Below, one piece after another: positions 23,444-32,058 of a stretch of 64,000 bases of DNA (its first letter is position 1; every line of letters starts with the position of its first letter). The position numbers and the translations under genes were made by a program. Source of the stretch: Escherichia coli. Its GTDB lineage: Bacteria > Pseudomonadota > Gammaproteobacteria > Enterobacterales > Enterobacteriaceae. The stretch lies in NCBI RefSeq assembly GCF_044324875.1, contig NZ_CP172185.1; one strand, 5' to 3'. Below the pieces are notes generated by a model. It was not told the DNA's origin, made no database searches, and was given only the letters and a program-made list of their open reading frames with translations.

Positions 23444-24877
23444 ATGAAAGTAACGCTGCCAGAGTTTGAACGTGCAGGAGTGATGGTGGTTGGTGATGTG
23501 ATGCTGGATCGTTACTGGTACGGCCCCACCAGTCGTATCTCGCCGGAAGCGCCGGTGCCCGTGGTTAAAGTGAATACCATCGAAGAACGTCCGGGCGGCG
23601 CGGCTAACGTGGCGATGAATATCGCTTCTCTCGGTGCTAATGCACGCCTGGTCGGGTTGACGGGCATTGACGATGCAGCGCGCGCGCTGAGTAAATCTCT
23701 GGCCGACGTCAACGTCAAATGCGACTTCGTTTCTGTACCGACGCATCCGACCATCACCAAATTACGGGTACTTTCCCGCAACCAACAGCTGATCCGTCTG
23801 GATTTTGAAGAAGGTTTCGAAGGGGTTGATCCGCAGCCGCTGCACGAGCGGATTAATCAGGCGCTGAGTTCGATTGGCGCGCTGGTGCTCTCTGACTACG
23901 CGAAAGGTGCGCTGGCAAGCGTGCAGCAGATGATCCAACTGGCGCGTAAAGCGGGCGTTCCGGTGCTGATTGATCCAAAAGGCACCGATTTTGAGCGCTA
24001 CCGCGGCGCTACGCTGTTAACGCCGAATCTCTCGGAATTTGAAGCTGTTGTCGGTAAATGTAAGACCGAAGAAGAGATTGTTGAACGCGGCATGAAACTG
24101 ATTGCCGATTACGAACTCTCGGCTCTGTTAGTGACCCGTTCCGAACAGGGTATGTCGCTGCTGCAACCGGGCAAAACGCCGCTGCATATGCCAACTCAGG
24201 CGCAGGAAGTGTATGACGTTACCGGTGCGGGCGACACGGTGATTGGTGTCCTGGCGGCAACGCTGGCGGCGGGTAATTCGCTGGAAGAAGCCTGCTTCTT
24301 TGCTAATGCGGCGGCAGGCGTAGTGGTCGGCAAACTGGGGACATCCACGGTTTCGCCGATCGAGCTGGAAAACGCAGTACGTGGACGTGCAGATACCGGC
24401 TTTGGTGTGATGACCGAAGAGGAACTGAAGCTTGCTGTGGCGGCGGCGCGTAAACGCGGCGAAAAGGTGGTAATGACCAATGGCGTCTTTGACATCCTGC
24501 ACGCCGGGCACGTCTCTTATCTGGCAAATGCCCGTAAACTGGGTGACCGTTTGATTGTCGCCGTCAACAGCGATGCTTCCACCAAACGGCTGAAAGGGGA
24601 TTCCCGCCCCGTTAACCCTCTCGAGCAGCGTATGATTGTGCTGGGTGCACTGGAAGCGGTCGACTGGGTGGTGTCGTTTGAAGAAGACACGCCGCAGCGC
24701 CTGATCGCCGGGATCTTGCCAGACCTGCTGGTGAAAGGCGGCGACTATAAACCAGAAGAGATTGCCGGGAGTAAAGAAGTCTGGGCCAACGGTGGCGAAG
24801 TGTTGGTGCTCAACTTTGAAGACGGTTGCTCGACGACCAACATCATCAAGAAGATCCAACAGGATAAAAAAGGCTAA
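23444..24877 (+). CDS. hldE: Bifunctional D-glycero-beta-D-manno-heptose-7-phosphate kinase / heptose-1-phosphate adenylyltransferase
   Basis: 477-aa ORF with N-terminal ribokinase-like and C-terminal cytidylyltransferase-like domains; SD AGGAGA. Confidence 0.95.
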   Translation: MKVTLPEFERAGVMVVGDVMLDRYWYGPTSRISPEAPVPVVKVNTIEERPGGAANVAMNIASLGANARLVGLTGIDDAARALSKSLADVNVKCDFVSVPTHPTITKLRVLSRNQQLIRLDFEEGFEGVDPQPLHERINQALSSIGALVLSDYAKGALASVQQMIQLARKAGVPVLIDPKGTDFERYRGATLLTPNLSEFEAVVGKCKTEEEIVERGMKLIADYELSALLVTRSEQGMSLLQPGKTPLHMPTQAQEVYDVTGAGDTVIGVLAATLAAGNSLEEACFFANAAAGVVVGKLGTSTVSPIELENAVRGRADTGFGVMTEEELKLAVAAARKRGEKVVMTNGVFDILHAGHVSYLANARKLGDRLIVAVNSDASTKRLKGDSRPVNPLEQRMIVLGALEAVDWVVSFEEDTPQRLIAGILPDLLVKGGDYKPEEIAGSKEVWANGGEVLVLNFEDGCSTTNIIKKIQQDKKG

Positions 24878-24921
24878 CCGGAAAGCGGTTCACAGATCTC
24901 GCTTCGAACCTGGCAGGCCTA

Positions 24922-24949
24922 TTGACGCTGTTTTTTTTCAACCTAAAGT
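24922..24949 (+). promoter_or_regulatory. Sigma-70-type promoter of the repeat-1 antisense RNA: TTGACG-N16-TAAAGT
   Basis: -35 TTGACG (24922-24927), 16-bp spacer, -10 TAAAGT (24944-24949); duplicated in repeat 2. Confidence 0.5.
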
Positions 24950-24956
24950 AAAGGAA

Positions 24957-25104
24957 CAAGGGTGAGGGAGGATTTCTCCCCCCTCTGATTGGCTGTTAAT
25001 AAGCTGCGAAACTTACGAGTAACAACACAATCAGTATGATGACCAGCTTCATCATAACCCTTTCCTTATACAAGGCCCCTTCTTCGGGAGGGGCTTTCCC
25101 GTTT
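24957..25104 (+). ncRNA. sibE: Sib-family antisense sRNA (antitoxin), repeat 1; ends are approximate
   Basis: Inferred transcript from the promoter to an intrinsic terminator (8-bp stem GCCCCUUC / GGAGGGGC with UUCG tetraloop at 25075-25094, then a U-rich tract); fully complementary to the 19-codon ORF on the opposite strand. The D versus E label rests on recalled K-12 gene order. Confidence 0.55.
24996..25055 (-). CDS. ibsE: Ibs-family type I toxin, 19-aa hydrophobic peptide MMKLVIILIVLLLVSFAAY
   Basis: Minus-strand ATG ATG AAG CTG GTC ATC ATA CTG ATT GTG TTG TTA CTC GTA AGT TTC GCA GCT TAT TAA, preceded by SD AAGGAAAGGG. Below the 60-aa cutoff of the ORF track. Confidence 0.7.
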   Translation of the reverse strand: MMKLVIILIVLLLVSFAAY

Positions 25105-25242
25105 CAGCCCCTTGCTGACTCCCCGATTGTTGATGAGCGCCAGACCCCGCGCAATGCTTTCCCTGATGCAGTTTTGCCTTCCCCGAGCCGTCACGCAAAA
25201 TGCTGCAACAGCCTGATCATTTGCACCTTTTAGCGGAACGCA

Positions 25243-25277
25243 GATATAAAAAATCCCCGGCTTTTTGGGCCAGGGAT
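25243..25277 (-). terminator. Minus-strand intrinsic terminator at the end of repeat unit 1
   Basis: On the minus strand CCCUGGC-CCAAAAA-GCCGGGG followed by a U-tract; duplicate of the 25621-25654 element. Confidence 0.55.
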
Positions 25278-25296
25278 GTGGGATAGAGAAACCTTC

Positions 25297-25325
25297 TTGA
25301 CGCTGATTTTTTTTCAACCTAAAGT
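25297..25325 (+). promoter_or_regulatory. Sigma-70-type promoter of the repeat-2 antisense RNA: TTGACG-N17-TAAAGT
   Basis: Same hexamers as repeat 1 with one extra base in the spacer. Confidence 0.5.
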
Positions 25326-25332
25326 AAAGGAA

Positions 25333-25481
25333 CAAGGGTAAGGGAGGATTTCTCCCCCCTCTGAATTGGTTGTTAATAAGCCTGGAAACTTACTAGTAAC
25401 AACACAATCAGTATGATGACGAGCTTCATCATAACCCTTTCCTTCTATAAGGCCCCTTCTTCGGGAGGGGCTTTCCCGTTT
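25333..25481 (+). ncRNA. sibD: Sib-family antisense sRNA (antitoxin), repeat 2; ends are approximate
   Basis: Promoter-to-terminator inference as for repeat 1 (hairpin at 25452-25471 with UUCG loop); complementary to the second 19-codon ORF. Confidence 0.55.
25373..25432 (-). CDS. ibsD: Ibs-family type I toxin, 19-aa hydrophobic peptide MMKLVIILIVLLLVSFQAY
   Basis: Minus-strand ATG ATG AAG CTC GTC ATC ATA CTG ATT GTG TTG TTA CTA GTA AGT TTC CAG GCT TAT TAA with the same SD as repeat 1. Confidence 0.7.
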   Translation of the reverse strand: MMKLVIILIVLLLVSFQAY

Positions 25482-25620
25482 CAGCCCCCTGCTGACTCCC
25501 CGATTGTTGATGAGCGCCAGACCCCGCGCAACGCTTTCCCAGAGGCAGTTTTCCCTTCCCCGAGCGGTCACGCAAAATGCTGCAACAGCCTGATCATTTG
25601 CACCTTTTAGCGGAACGCAG

Positions 25621-25654
25621 ATATAAAAAATCCCCGGCTTTTTGGGCCAGGGAT
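25621..25654 (-). terminator. Intrinsic terminator immediately downstream of yqiK
   Basis: Minus-strand hairpin CCCUGGC / GCCGGGG followed by UUUUUUAU, 18 bp after the yqiK stop. Confidence 0.6.
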
Positions 25655-25671
25655 TATTCATAGAAGAGGGT

Positions 25672-27333
25672 TTACTCTGTTTTTTCTTCGACGGGAGTTG
25701 TTGAGGTTAAGGGTGAAGTCAATGCCGCCAGCGAGCCGCCAGAAACACCGATTTCATTGAGCAAGGAGTCAATCAGTGGTGCCTGTGTGCGGTAAGAAAG
25801 GGCGGCAGACAATGCCTGTTCTGCCAGGTTTCCGCCACTAACGCTGCCTGATGCCGCATTCCCCGCAGCGCCACCTCGGTTTAATCCATCGACCTGAATA
25901 ATCTTGATGCCGTCAATGGACTTCATCGGCTCAACGGATTTCTCTATTACCGCAGGTAATGATTGTAATAGCGCCAGTTTGAATTTAAGGCTGGTTTGCT
26001 CGTCAGAAAGTACGTTGATAGCGTCGTTCAGCGCACGTTGCGCTTCTGCTTCCGCCAGACCCTTTTTACGCGTAGCTTCGGCTAACTCAACGATTGCCGC
26101 CGCCTGCATCTCTGCGGCTTCTTTTTCAGCTTTCGCCCGGACGGTCAGTTCGACTGCTTTGGTTTCCGCGTCCTGCGCGGCAGCGATTAGGGCAACTTGT
26201 TTAGCACGATCGGCTTCTGCGGTCTGGCGAGTGGTTTCAACGTTTTGCTGGGCGCTTACCGCTTCTGCAAGTGCAAGGTTGGCACGCGCTTCCGCTTGTG
26301 ACTGCTGTTCCGATTTGGCGGCAATAGCGATCGATTTCGTCTGGTTGGCGATTTCGGTGACCTGCTGCTGTTCGATCTCTTTAATGCGAACTTCACGTTC
26401 AGCTTCAACTTTTCTGGAACGGACGGCCTGTTCGCGGTCGATTTCCGTTTCCTGAATCTGTCGTTCAGCCAGAATTCGCGTCTGCTCTGCTTCCCGACGA
26501 CGCTCGGCCTCAAAAGCCGCAATTTTCGCATTCTGCTCAGCGGTACGGGTTTTAACCTGCTGCTCCTGCTCAAGCGTCATAAACGCTTCTTGTTGTTCAA
26601 TCTCCAGCTTGCGCGAAAGCGCATCACGGTTTTTCTCACGCACCGCAACTTCTACATCCTGTTCAACTTCGTTACGTTCGCGACGACGGCGCTCCGTCTC
26701 CTGCGTCAGCTTGGTTAAACCTTCGGCGTCAAAGGCGTTGTTAGGATTGAAATGTTCTTTCGACGTCTGGTTAAAGTTGGTAAGTGAAACGCTTTCCAGT
26801 TCCAGGCCGTTTTTCGACAGATCTTCAGCTACGGTATTTTGTACTCCCTGCACGAAGTTCTCGCGGGTATCCTGTAACTCATGCATGGTCATTTGTGCAG
26901 CTGTTGCACGGAGGGCATCGACAAATTTATCTTCAACCAACATACGTAAGTCTTCAGGCGACAGGGTGCGTTGTCCCAGCGTCTGGGCGGCGGTGGCAAT
27001 CCCTTCAACTGAAGGTTTTACCCGCACAAAGAAAGCGACCACGACATCGACGCGCATACGATCTTTCGTAATCAGGCTATCAATGGTTGAGCGGCTGACT
27101 TCCAGCTTCAGGGTATTCATATTGATGGGGATTATTTCATGAAAGATCGGCATCACGATTGCGCCACCGCTCATTACCACTTTTTGCCCACCTAAACCAG
27201 TACGAACAAAAGCTTGCTCTGCCGAAGCGCGACGATAGAGCCTGGCGAAAATAATTCCAATAATAAACAGAATGCATACGGCAATAATTGCGGTAAACAT
27301 CCAGGAGGGCACAGAATTAACAATATCATCCAT
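25672..27333 (-). CDS. yqiK: Flotillin-like SPFH (band 7) domain membrane protein
   Basis: 553-aa ORF: N-terminal TM helix, SPFH domain, long Glu/Ala/Arg/Gln-rich coiled coil. Confidence 0.9.
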   Translation of the reverse strand: MDDIVNSVPSWMFTAIIAVCILFIIGIIFARLYRRASAEQAFVRTGLGGQKVVMSGGAIVMPIFHEIIPINMNTLKLEVSRSTIDSLITKDRMRVDVVVAFFVRVKPSVEGIATAAQTLGQRTLSPEDLRMLVEDKFVDALRATAAQMTMHELQDTRENFVQGVQNTVAEDLSKNGLELESVSLTNFNQTSKEHFNPNNAFDAEGLTKLTQETERRRRERNEVEQDVEVAVREKNRDALSRKLEIEQQEAFMTLEQEQQVKTRTAEQNAKIAAFEAERRREAEQTRILAERQIQETEIDREQAVRSRKVEAEREVRIKEIEQQQVTEIANQTKSIAIAAKSEQQSQAEARANLALAEAVSAQQNVETTRQTAEADRAKQVALIAAAQDAETKAVELTVRAKAEKEAAEMQAAAIVELAEATRKKGLAEAEAQRALNDAINVLSDEQTSLKFKLALLQSLPAVIEKSVEPMKSIDGIKIIQVDGLNRGGAAGNAASGSVSGGNLAEQALSAALSYRTQAPLIDSLLNEIGVSGGSLAALTSPLTSTTPVEEKTE

Positions 27334-27359
27334 TATTAAATTTCCTTTTGATTAATAAA

Positions 27360-27989
27360 TTACAATATTTGGGGCCAGGGATTGTTATCCGCCAAATATC
27401 GCGTTGCAGAAAGTCGGCAAATAATTAACACTTTGTCTCCTTTAGTGAAAATTTTTCCTTCTTCAGGCTCCAGTAGTAAATAATGTATTTGGCCAAATTG
27501 ATCGGTGAGTTTTCCTTCGCAGGGATTACCTGAAGTCGCTTGATGTCCGGTAATTAACGCCATGCTACCAATATATTCTTCTTCTGTAATAGCTGAACTA
27601 TGGTCGCGTGGAATCCAGGGCGCAACTATTTTACCGGTATAATGCACCGCAATAATCGTAAACAGTAAACTGACAGGAACCACGAACAGGTTCGAGAGTG
27701 GTGATTGCCAGACCATGATGCAGGTATGCTGCAACAGGATGCCAATAAGACCAAAAAAACCAGCCAGTAAGCAGAGAACGACGAGAGCTGGCAATCTTCC
27801 GATATTGAGATAATGAAGTGCCTGGCTAATATGACCTGTGGTTATGGAATCATAATGGTCAAGATGTGCATCAAGAGCACCGGAGAGCATATGACCGCAG
27901 ATAAGCGCAAAAATTTCTAAAAGGCCGATCAACAGTACAAAGGAAATAGCGAAAAGATAAGGGGTGTTATAGTCGGCGAATAAAATCAT
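27360..27989 (-). CDS. yqiJ: Inner-membrane protein partner of YqiK (NfeD-like)
   Basis: 209-aa ORF with several TM helices and a C-terminal soluble region; 26 bp upstream of yqiK on the same strand. Confidence 0.85.
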   Translation of the reverse strand: MILFADYNTPYLFAISFVLLIGLLEIFALICGHMLSGALDAHLDHYDSITTGHISQALHYLNIGRLPALVVLCLLAGFFGLIGILLQHTCIMVWQSPLSNLFVVPVSLLFTIIAVHYTGKIVAPWIPRDHSSAITEEEYIGSMALITGHQATSGNPCEGKLTDQFGQIHYLLLEPEEGKIFTKGDKVLIICRLSATRYLADNNPWPQIL

Positions 27990-28257
27990 ATGTCACTCCA
28001 ATGTCCATTTAGTGACGCAATATTTACTTTAGGATAGTTTCCTTGCTTACATTTATCTTTGTTAATAATAACACATGTTAGAGAAGTTCTGGAAGAGAAA
28101 GTCTTTTAATATGGTTTTTTATTTTTCACTAAAAAGTGTGATCGGGGACAATATATTTACGCACGTTATGTTTAAAGGCACTACACTGATTGGGGAATAC
28201 TGAAATCAGAAAAAGCATATGGCCTTAAAAGGTATGCGATAACCGGAGGATGTGCTT

Positions 28258-28458
28258 ATGGATCATAGTCTTAATTCTTTAAATAATTTCGATTTCCTGG
28301 CGCGTAGTTTTGCCAGAATGCACGCAGAAGGTCGCCCGGTCGATATTCTGGCCGTTACTGGTAACATGGATGAAGAACATAGAACCTGGTTTTGCGCACG
28401 TTATGCCTGGTATTGCCAACAGATGATGCAAACCAGAGAACTTGAATTAGAACACTGA
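28258..28458 (+). CDS. glgS: Small surface-composition regulator GlgS
   Basis: 66-aa protein [66 protein letters not shown]; SD GGAGGA 8 nt upstream of the ATG. Confidence 0.9.
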
Positions 28459-28461
28459 TAT

Positions 28462-28486
28462 TACGGGCCGTCTGGCCCGTTTTTGT
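28462..28486. terminator. Rho-independent terminator after glgS, shared with the convergent ubiK
   Basis: ACGGGCC-GTCT-GGCCCGT followed by TTTTTG. Confidence 0.7.
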
Positions 28487-28492
28487 GTTGCT

Positions 28493-28792
28493 TTATTCTG
28501 CTTTATCAATAGGCGGGATAGCCGGAGGAGATTGAAGATCTGCTACCGAATTATTGCGCGCTTCCAGTTCACTGATGCGCTGCTCCAGTAATGCCAGTTT
28601 CTCACGAGTCCGTAACAGGACTTGCGTCTGTACGTCGAATTCTTCGCGGCTCACCAGATCGAGACGCGTCAGCTGCGCTTGTAGGGTTTGGCGGATTTTT
28701 TTCTCCACATCTTCCCCGAACTCCCTGATTCCTTTAGGCATTGATTCGTGAACCTGGCGAGCGATTTGCTCAATTTTTTTCGGGTCAATCAT
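28493..28792 (-). CDS. ubiK: Ubiquinone biosynthesis accessory factor (BMFP coiled-coil family)
   Basis: 99-aa protein [28 protein letters not shown]... from the ATG at 28792, which has SD AGGGAA; the track ORF extends 20 codons further upstream without an SD. Confidence 0.85.
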   Translation of the reverse strand: MIDPKKIEQIARQVHESMPKGIREFGEDVEKKIRQTLQAQLTRLDLVSREEFDVQTQVLLRTREKLALLEQRISELEARNNSVADLQSPPAIPPIDKAE

Positions 28793-28878
28793 TGTAGTTT
28801 CCCTGTACTGATAGGTGTTGAATGCCATTGTAGTGCGATAAGGGTAAGTCATAAACCAGAATTATGTGAAGCTATGCG

Positions 28879-28907
28879 TTGCTGCCGCTAATCATTAGCG
28901 TTATAGT
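28879..28907 (+). promoter_or_regulatory. ribB promoter: TTGCTG-N17-TATAGT
   Basis: -35 at 28879-28884 and -10 at 28902-28907, immediately upstream of the riboswitch aptamer. Confidence 0.55.
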
Positions 28908-28913
28908 GAACCC

Positions 28914-29160
28914 GCTTATTCTCAGGGCGGGGCGAAATTCCCCACCGGCGGTAAATCAACTCAGTTGAAAGCCCGCGAGCGCTTTGGGTGCGAACTCAAA
29001 GGACAGCAGATCCGGTGTAATTCCGGGGCCGACGGTTAGAGTCCGGATGGGAGAGAGTAACGATTCTGTCGGGCATGGACCCGCTCACGTTATTTTGGCT
29101 ATATGCCGCCACTCCTAAGACTGCCCTGATTCTGGTAACCATAATTTTAGTGAGGTTTTT
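28914..29160 (+). promoter_or_regulatory. sroG: FMN riboswitch (RFN element) in the ribB leader
   Basis: Conserved FMN-aptamer blocks present: CAGGGCGGGGCGAAAUUCCCCACCGGCGGUA, GCCCGCGAGCG, GCCGACGGUUAGAGUCCGGAUGGGAGA, followed by the expression platform and SD GAGG. Confidence 0.85.
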
Positions 29161-29165
29161 TTACC

Positions 29166-29819
29166 ATGAATCAGACGCTACTTTCCTCTTTTGGTACGCC
29201 TTTCGAACGTGTTGAAAATGCACTGGCTGCGCTGCGTGAAGGACGCGGTGTAATGGTGCTTGATGATGAAGACCGTGAAAACGAAGGCGATATGATCTTC
29301 CCGGCAGAAACCATGACCGTTGAGCAGATGGCGCTGACCATTCGCCACGGTAGCGGTATTGTTTGCCTGTGCATTACTGAAGATCGCCGTAAACAACTCG
29401 ATCTGCCAATGATGGTAGAAAATAACACCAGCGCCTATGGCACCGGTTTTACCGTGACCATTGAAGCGGCTGAAGGTGTGACTACCGGTGTTTCTGCCGC
29501 TGACCGTATTACGACCGTTCGCGCAGCGATTGCCGATGGCGCAAAACCTTCTGATCTGAATCGCCCGGGCCACGTTTTCCCACTTCGCGCGCAGGCAGGT
29601 GGAGTACTGACGCGTGGCGGTCATACTGAAGCAACTATTGATCTAATGACGCTGGCAGGCTTTAAACCGGCTGGTGTGCTGTGTGAGCTGACTAATGACG
29701 ATGGCACGATGGCGCGTGCACCAGAGTGCATTGAGTTTGCCAATAAACACAATATGGCGCTCGTGACTATTGAAGATCTGGTGGCATACCGTCAGGCACA
29801 TGAGCGTAAAGCCAGCTGA
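29166..29819 (+). CDS. ribB: 3,4-dihydroxy-2-butanone 4-phosphate synthase
   Basis: 217-aa ORF with the [10 protein letters not shown] motif. Confidence 0.95.
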   Translation: MNQTLLSSFGTPFERVENALAALREGRGVMVLDDEDRENEGDMIFPAETMTVEQMALTIRHGSGIVCLCITEDRRKQLDLPMMVENNTSAYGTGFTVTIEAAEGVTTGVSAADRITTVRAAIADGAKPSDLNRPGHVFPLRAQAGGVLTRGGHTEATIDLMTLAGFKPAGVLCELTNDDGTMARAPECIEFANKHNMALVTIEDLVAYRQAHERKAS

Positions 29820-29851
29820 AAACCGCTGCTTAATTTACTGCCTTAATCAAG

Positions 29852-29888
29852 AAACCGAAGTTGTAGCAGGCTTCGGTTTTTATTTTTC
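29852..29888 (+). terminator. Rho-independent terminator of ribB
   Basis: AAACCGAAG / CTTCGGTTT stem followed by TTTTATTTTT. Confidence 0.75.
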
Positions 29889-30080
29889 CCTGCTATGCAA
29901 GATGTTAATTCCGCTTCTCTTTCTATGAGAAAATTTCATTAATATCAGGCATTCTTTTTCATTATGATCAAAATCATATAATTGTTCCGTTATTATGCGA
30001 CCATATGAATATATCCGAAAAAGGATATGTGAAATTTATGCGCTAAATGTTTAGTATTGTTAAATATTAAGGGTAAAAGG

Positions 30081-30251
30081 ATGTTTATCGCCTGGTACTG
30101 GATTGTATTGATTGCTCTGGTTGTGGTGGGTTATTTCCTGCATTTAAAACGTTATTGTCGGGCGTTTCGCCAGGATAGAGACGCACTGCTTGAAGCGCGG
30201 AACAAATACTTAAACAGTACGAGAGAAGAGACAGCCGAAAAGGTAGAATAA
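30081..30251 (+). CDS. Small single-TM protein, 56 aa (MFIAWYWIVLIALVVVGYFLHLKRYCRAFRQDRDALLEARNKYLNSTREETAEKVE)
   Basis: ORF with SD AAAAGG 5 nt upstream of the ATG, one hydrophobic helix and a charged tail. I have a vague recollection of a small annotated gene at this position in E. coli but cannot confirm it. Confidence 0.45.
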   Translation: MFIAWYWIVLIALVVVGYFLHLKRYCRAFRQDRDALLEARNKYLNSTREETAEKVE

Positions 30252-30268
30252 GACTTTAGTGAAGCTGA

Positions 30269-30299
30269 CAGAAGTTGTCCATGCGCTGGACAACTTCTG
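30269..30299. terminator. Hairpin between the small ORF and the 3' end of zupT
   Basis: 13-bp perfect stem CAGAAGTTGTCCA / TGGACAACTTCTG with TGCGC loop. Confidence 0.6.
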
Positions 30300-30308
30300 A
30301 TGTTGCTT

Positions 30309-31082
30309 TTAACCAATTCCCGCCGTTTGTAGCAGCACTAAACTGAATCCCATCACTGACATTCCACATAGTACGCCATAGCTGGGGTTATTATTAGGGT
30401 CAATCTCTTTGGCGAGCGGCATTAATTCATCAACCGAGAGCGCCACCATAATTCCTGCAACCGCCGCCATGATTGCCGCCATGACCACCGGGGAAATCAT
30501 GCTACCGAGGATTAACCACGCCAGCACACCACCAAGAATTTCTGCCAGTCCAGAAATCCCCGCCCACAGAATCGCGGTACGTTTCGATCCTGTTGCAGCG
30601 TAAACCGGCCCTGCAACGGCCAGACCTTCAGGAATATTGTGCAACGCTACGGCCAGGGCGATACCAAATCCCAGCTCCAGGTTGCTGCTCGCCGTGACAA
30701 AGGTGGCAATCCCTTCCGGGAAGTTATGCAGACTGATACCGAGAGTGAGCAGAATGGCTGTGCGCTTGATCGATTTTGGCAACGGCTGCACCGATTTTTG
30801 CATTAAATCCTGCGGATGCGCATGTGGCAACATGCGGTCCAGGCCAAAATAGCCAAGCAGACCGAAGATAAACATTCCATAACCCAACACAGGCGACATT
30901 CCTTCAGCTGCTAGTGCGGCAGGAAGCATTTCCATTAATGAGATGAGCAACATGATCCCCGCCGCAAATCCTAGCGAAAACGCCAGTAAGCGGTTCGAGG
31001 GTTTTTGCCCGAGAACGCCGAGAAACGCGCCAATAAACGTGGCTGCCCCCGCCAGTATGGTCAGAATGAGAGGTACTGACAT
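30309..31082 (-). CDS. zupT: ZIP-family zinc transporter
   Basis: 257-aa protein [20 protein letters not shown]... from the ATG at 31082 (SD AAGGAG); conserved HNFPEG / HNIPEG motifs. Confidence 0.92.
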
Positions 31083-31197
31083 CGACAACTCCTTATAAAT
31101 CTTCACCTTCAGGCAGATCGTCAAAATAACTGATGATCATCATCATTGTTATCCGGGTTCTTACTCCGCCGAACAAGCGTATTGTGAGGATATCAAA

Positions 31198-32013
31198 ATG
31201 ACACCTTTAGTTAAGGATATCATCATGTCTTCAACACGTATGCCAGCATTGTTTTTAGGTCACGGTAGTCCGATGAACGTGCTGGAAGATAATTTGTATA
31301 CCCGCAGCTGGCAGAAGTTGGGGATGACATTGCCACGCCCGCAAGCGATTGTGGTGGTTTCGGCTCACTGGTTTACCCGTGGAACAGGAGTGACCGCGAT
31401 GGAGACGCCGCCCACGATTCATGACTTTGGTGGCTTCCCGCAGGCGCTGTACGACACGCATTATCCTGCTCCGGGTTCGCCTGCGCTGGCACAGCATCTG
31501 GTTGAGCTGTTAGCGCCGGTCCCGGTGACGCTGGATAAAGAAGCCTGGGGCTTTGACCACGGCTCGTGGGGCGTGCTGATTAAGATGTATCCTGACGCCG
31601 ATATCCCGATGGTGCAGTTGAGTATCGACAGTAGCAAACCTGCTGCCTGGCATTTCGAAATGGGGCGCAAACTGGCAGCGCTGCGAGATGAAGGAATAAT
31701 GTTGGTCGCCAGCGGTAACGTGGTGCATAACCTGCGCACAGTGAAGTGGCACGGTGATAGTTCACCGTATCCGTGGGCGACGTCGTTTAATGAGTATGTG
31801 AAAGCGAATCTGACGTGGCAAGGGCCGGTAGAGCAGCATCCTCTGGTGAATTATCTCGACCATGAAGGTGGCGCGTTATCGAACCCAACGCCAGAGCACT
31901 ATCTGCCGTTGTTGTATGTCTTAGGTGCGTGGGATGGGCAGGAGCCAATTACCATTCCGGTCGATGGTATAGAAATGGGCAGTTTAAGTATGTTGTCGGT
32001 GCAGATAGGCTAA
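31198..32013 (+). CDS. ygiD: 4,5-DOPA dioxygenase extradiol-like protein
   Basis: 271-aa ORF of the extradiol ring-cleavage dioxygenase class III family; an alternative in-frame ATG 9 codons downstream also has an SD. Confidence 0.85.
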   Translation: MTPLVKDIIMSSTRMPALFLGHGSPMNVLEDNLYTRSWQKLGMTLPRPQAIVVVSAHWFTRGTGVTAMETPPTIHDFGGFPQALYDTHYPAPGSPALAQHLVELLAPVPVTLDKEAWGFDHGSWGVLIKMYPDADIPMVQLSIDSSKPAAWHFEMGRKLAALRDEGIMLVASGNVVHNLRTVKWHGDSSPYPWATSFNEYVKANLTWQGPVEQHPLVNYLDHEGGALSNPTPEHYLPLLYVLGAWDGQEPITIPVDGIEMGSLSMLSVQIG

Positions 32014-32021
32014 TAAAAGAA

Positions 32022-32048
32022 CCCGAAGCCAGAACGACTGGCTTCGGG
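32022..32048. terminator. Bidirectional terminator between ygiD and dsbI
   Basis: 11-bp perfect stem CCCGAAGCCAG / CTGGCTTCGGG with AACGA loop; A/T-rich flank on the dsbI side. Confidence 0.65.
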
Positions 32049-32058
32049 TGTTGCTGAG

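Larger units (their letters stand above)
24922..25277. repeat. Tandem repeat unit 1 (~355 bp of a ~375-bp period), Sib/Ibs-type module
   Basis: Near-identical to 25297-25654 by direct comparison, differing by a few substitutions and single-base indels. Confidence 0.9.
25297..25654. repeat. Tandem repeat unit 2, Sib/Ibs-type module
   Basis: Near-identical to 24922-25277. Confidence 0.9.

Noticed and set aside
24128-24859. 243-aa minus-strand ORF inside hldE
   Set aside because: Antisense frame within hldE; no supporting start signals.
25036-25610. Plus-strand 65-aa ORFs (25036-25233 and 25413-25610) and minus-strand 89/115-aa ORFs inside the tandem repeats
   Set aside because: They are frames running through the sRNA and terminator region, duplicated only because the DNA is duplicated. 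They have no SD and low-complexity Pro/Ser-rich translations; the real coding unit is the 19-codon minus-strand ORF.
24922-25654. Possible CRISPR array suggested by the direct repeats
   Set aside because: Only two units with a period of about 375 bp, no short unique spacers, and each unit contains a promoter, ORF and terminators. This is a tandem gene duplication, not a CRISPR array.
28793-28852. 20-codon N-terminal extension of ubiK (track ORF 28493-28852)
   Set aside because: The downstream ATG at 28792 has a good SD (AGGGAA) and yields a protein beginning MIDPKK; the upstream ATG has no SD.
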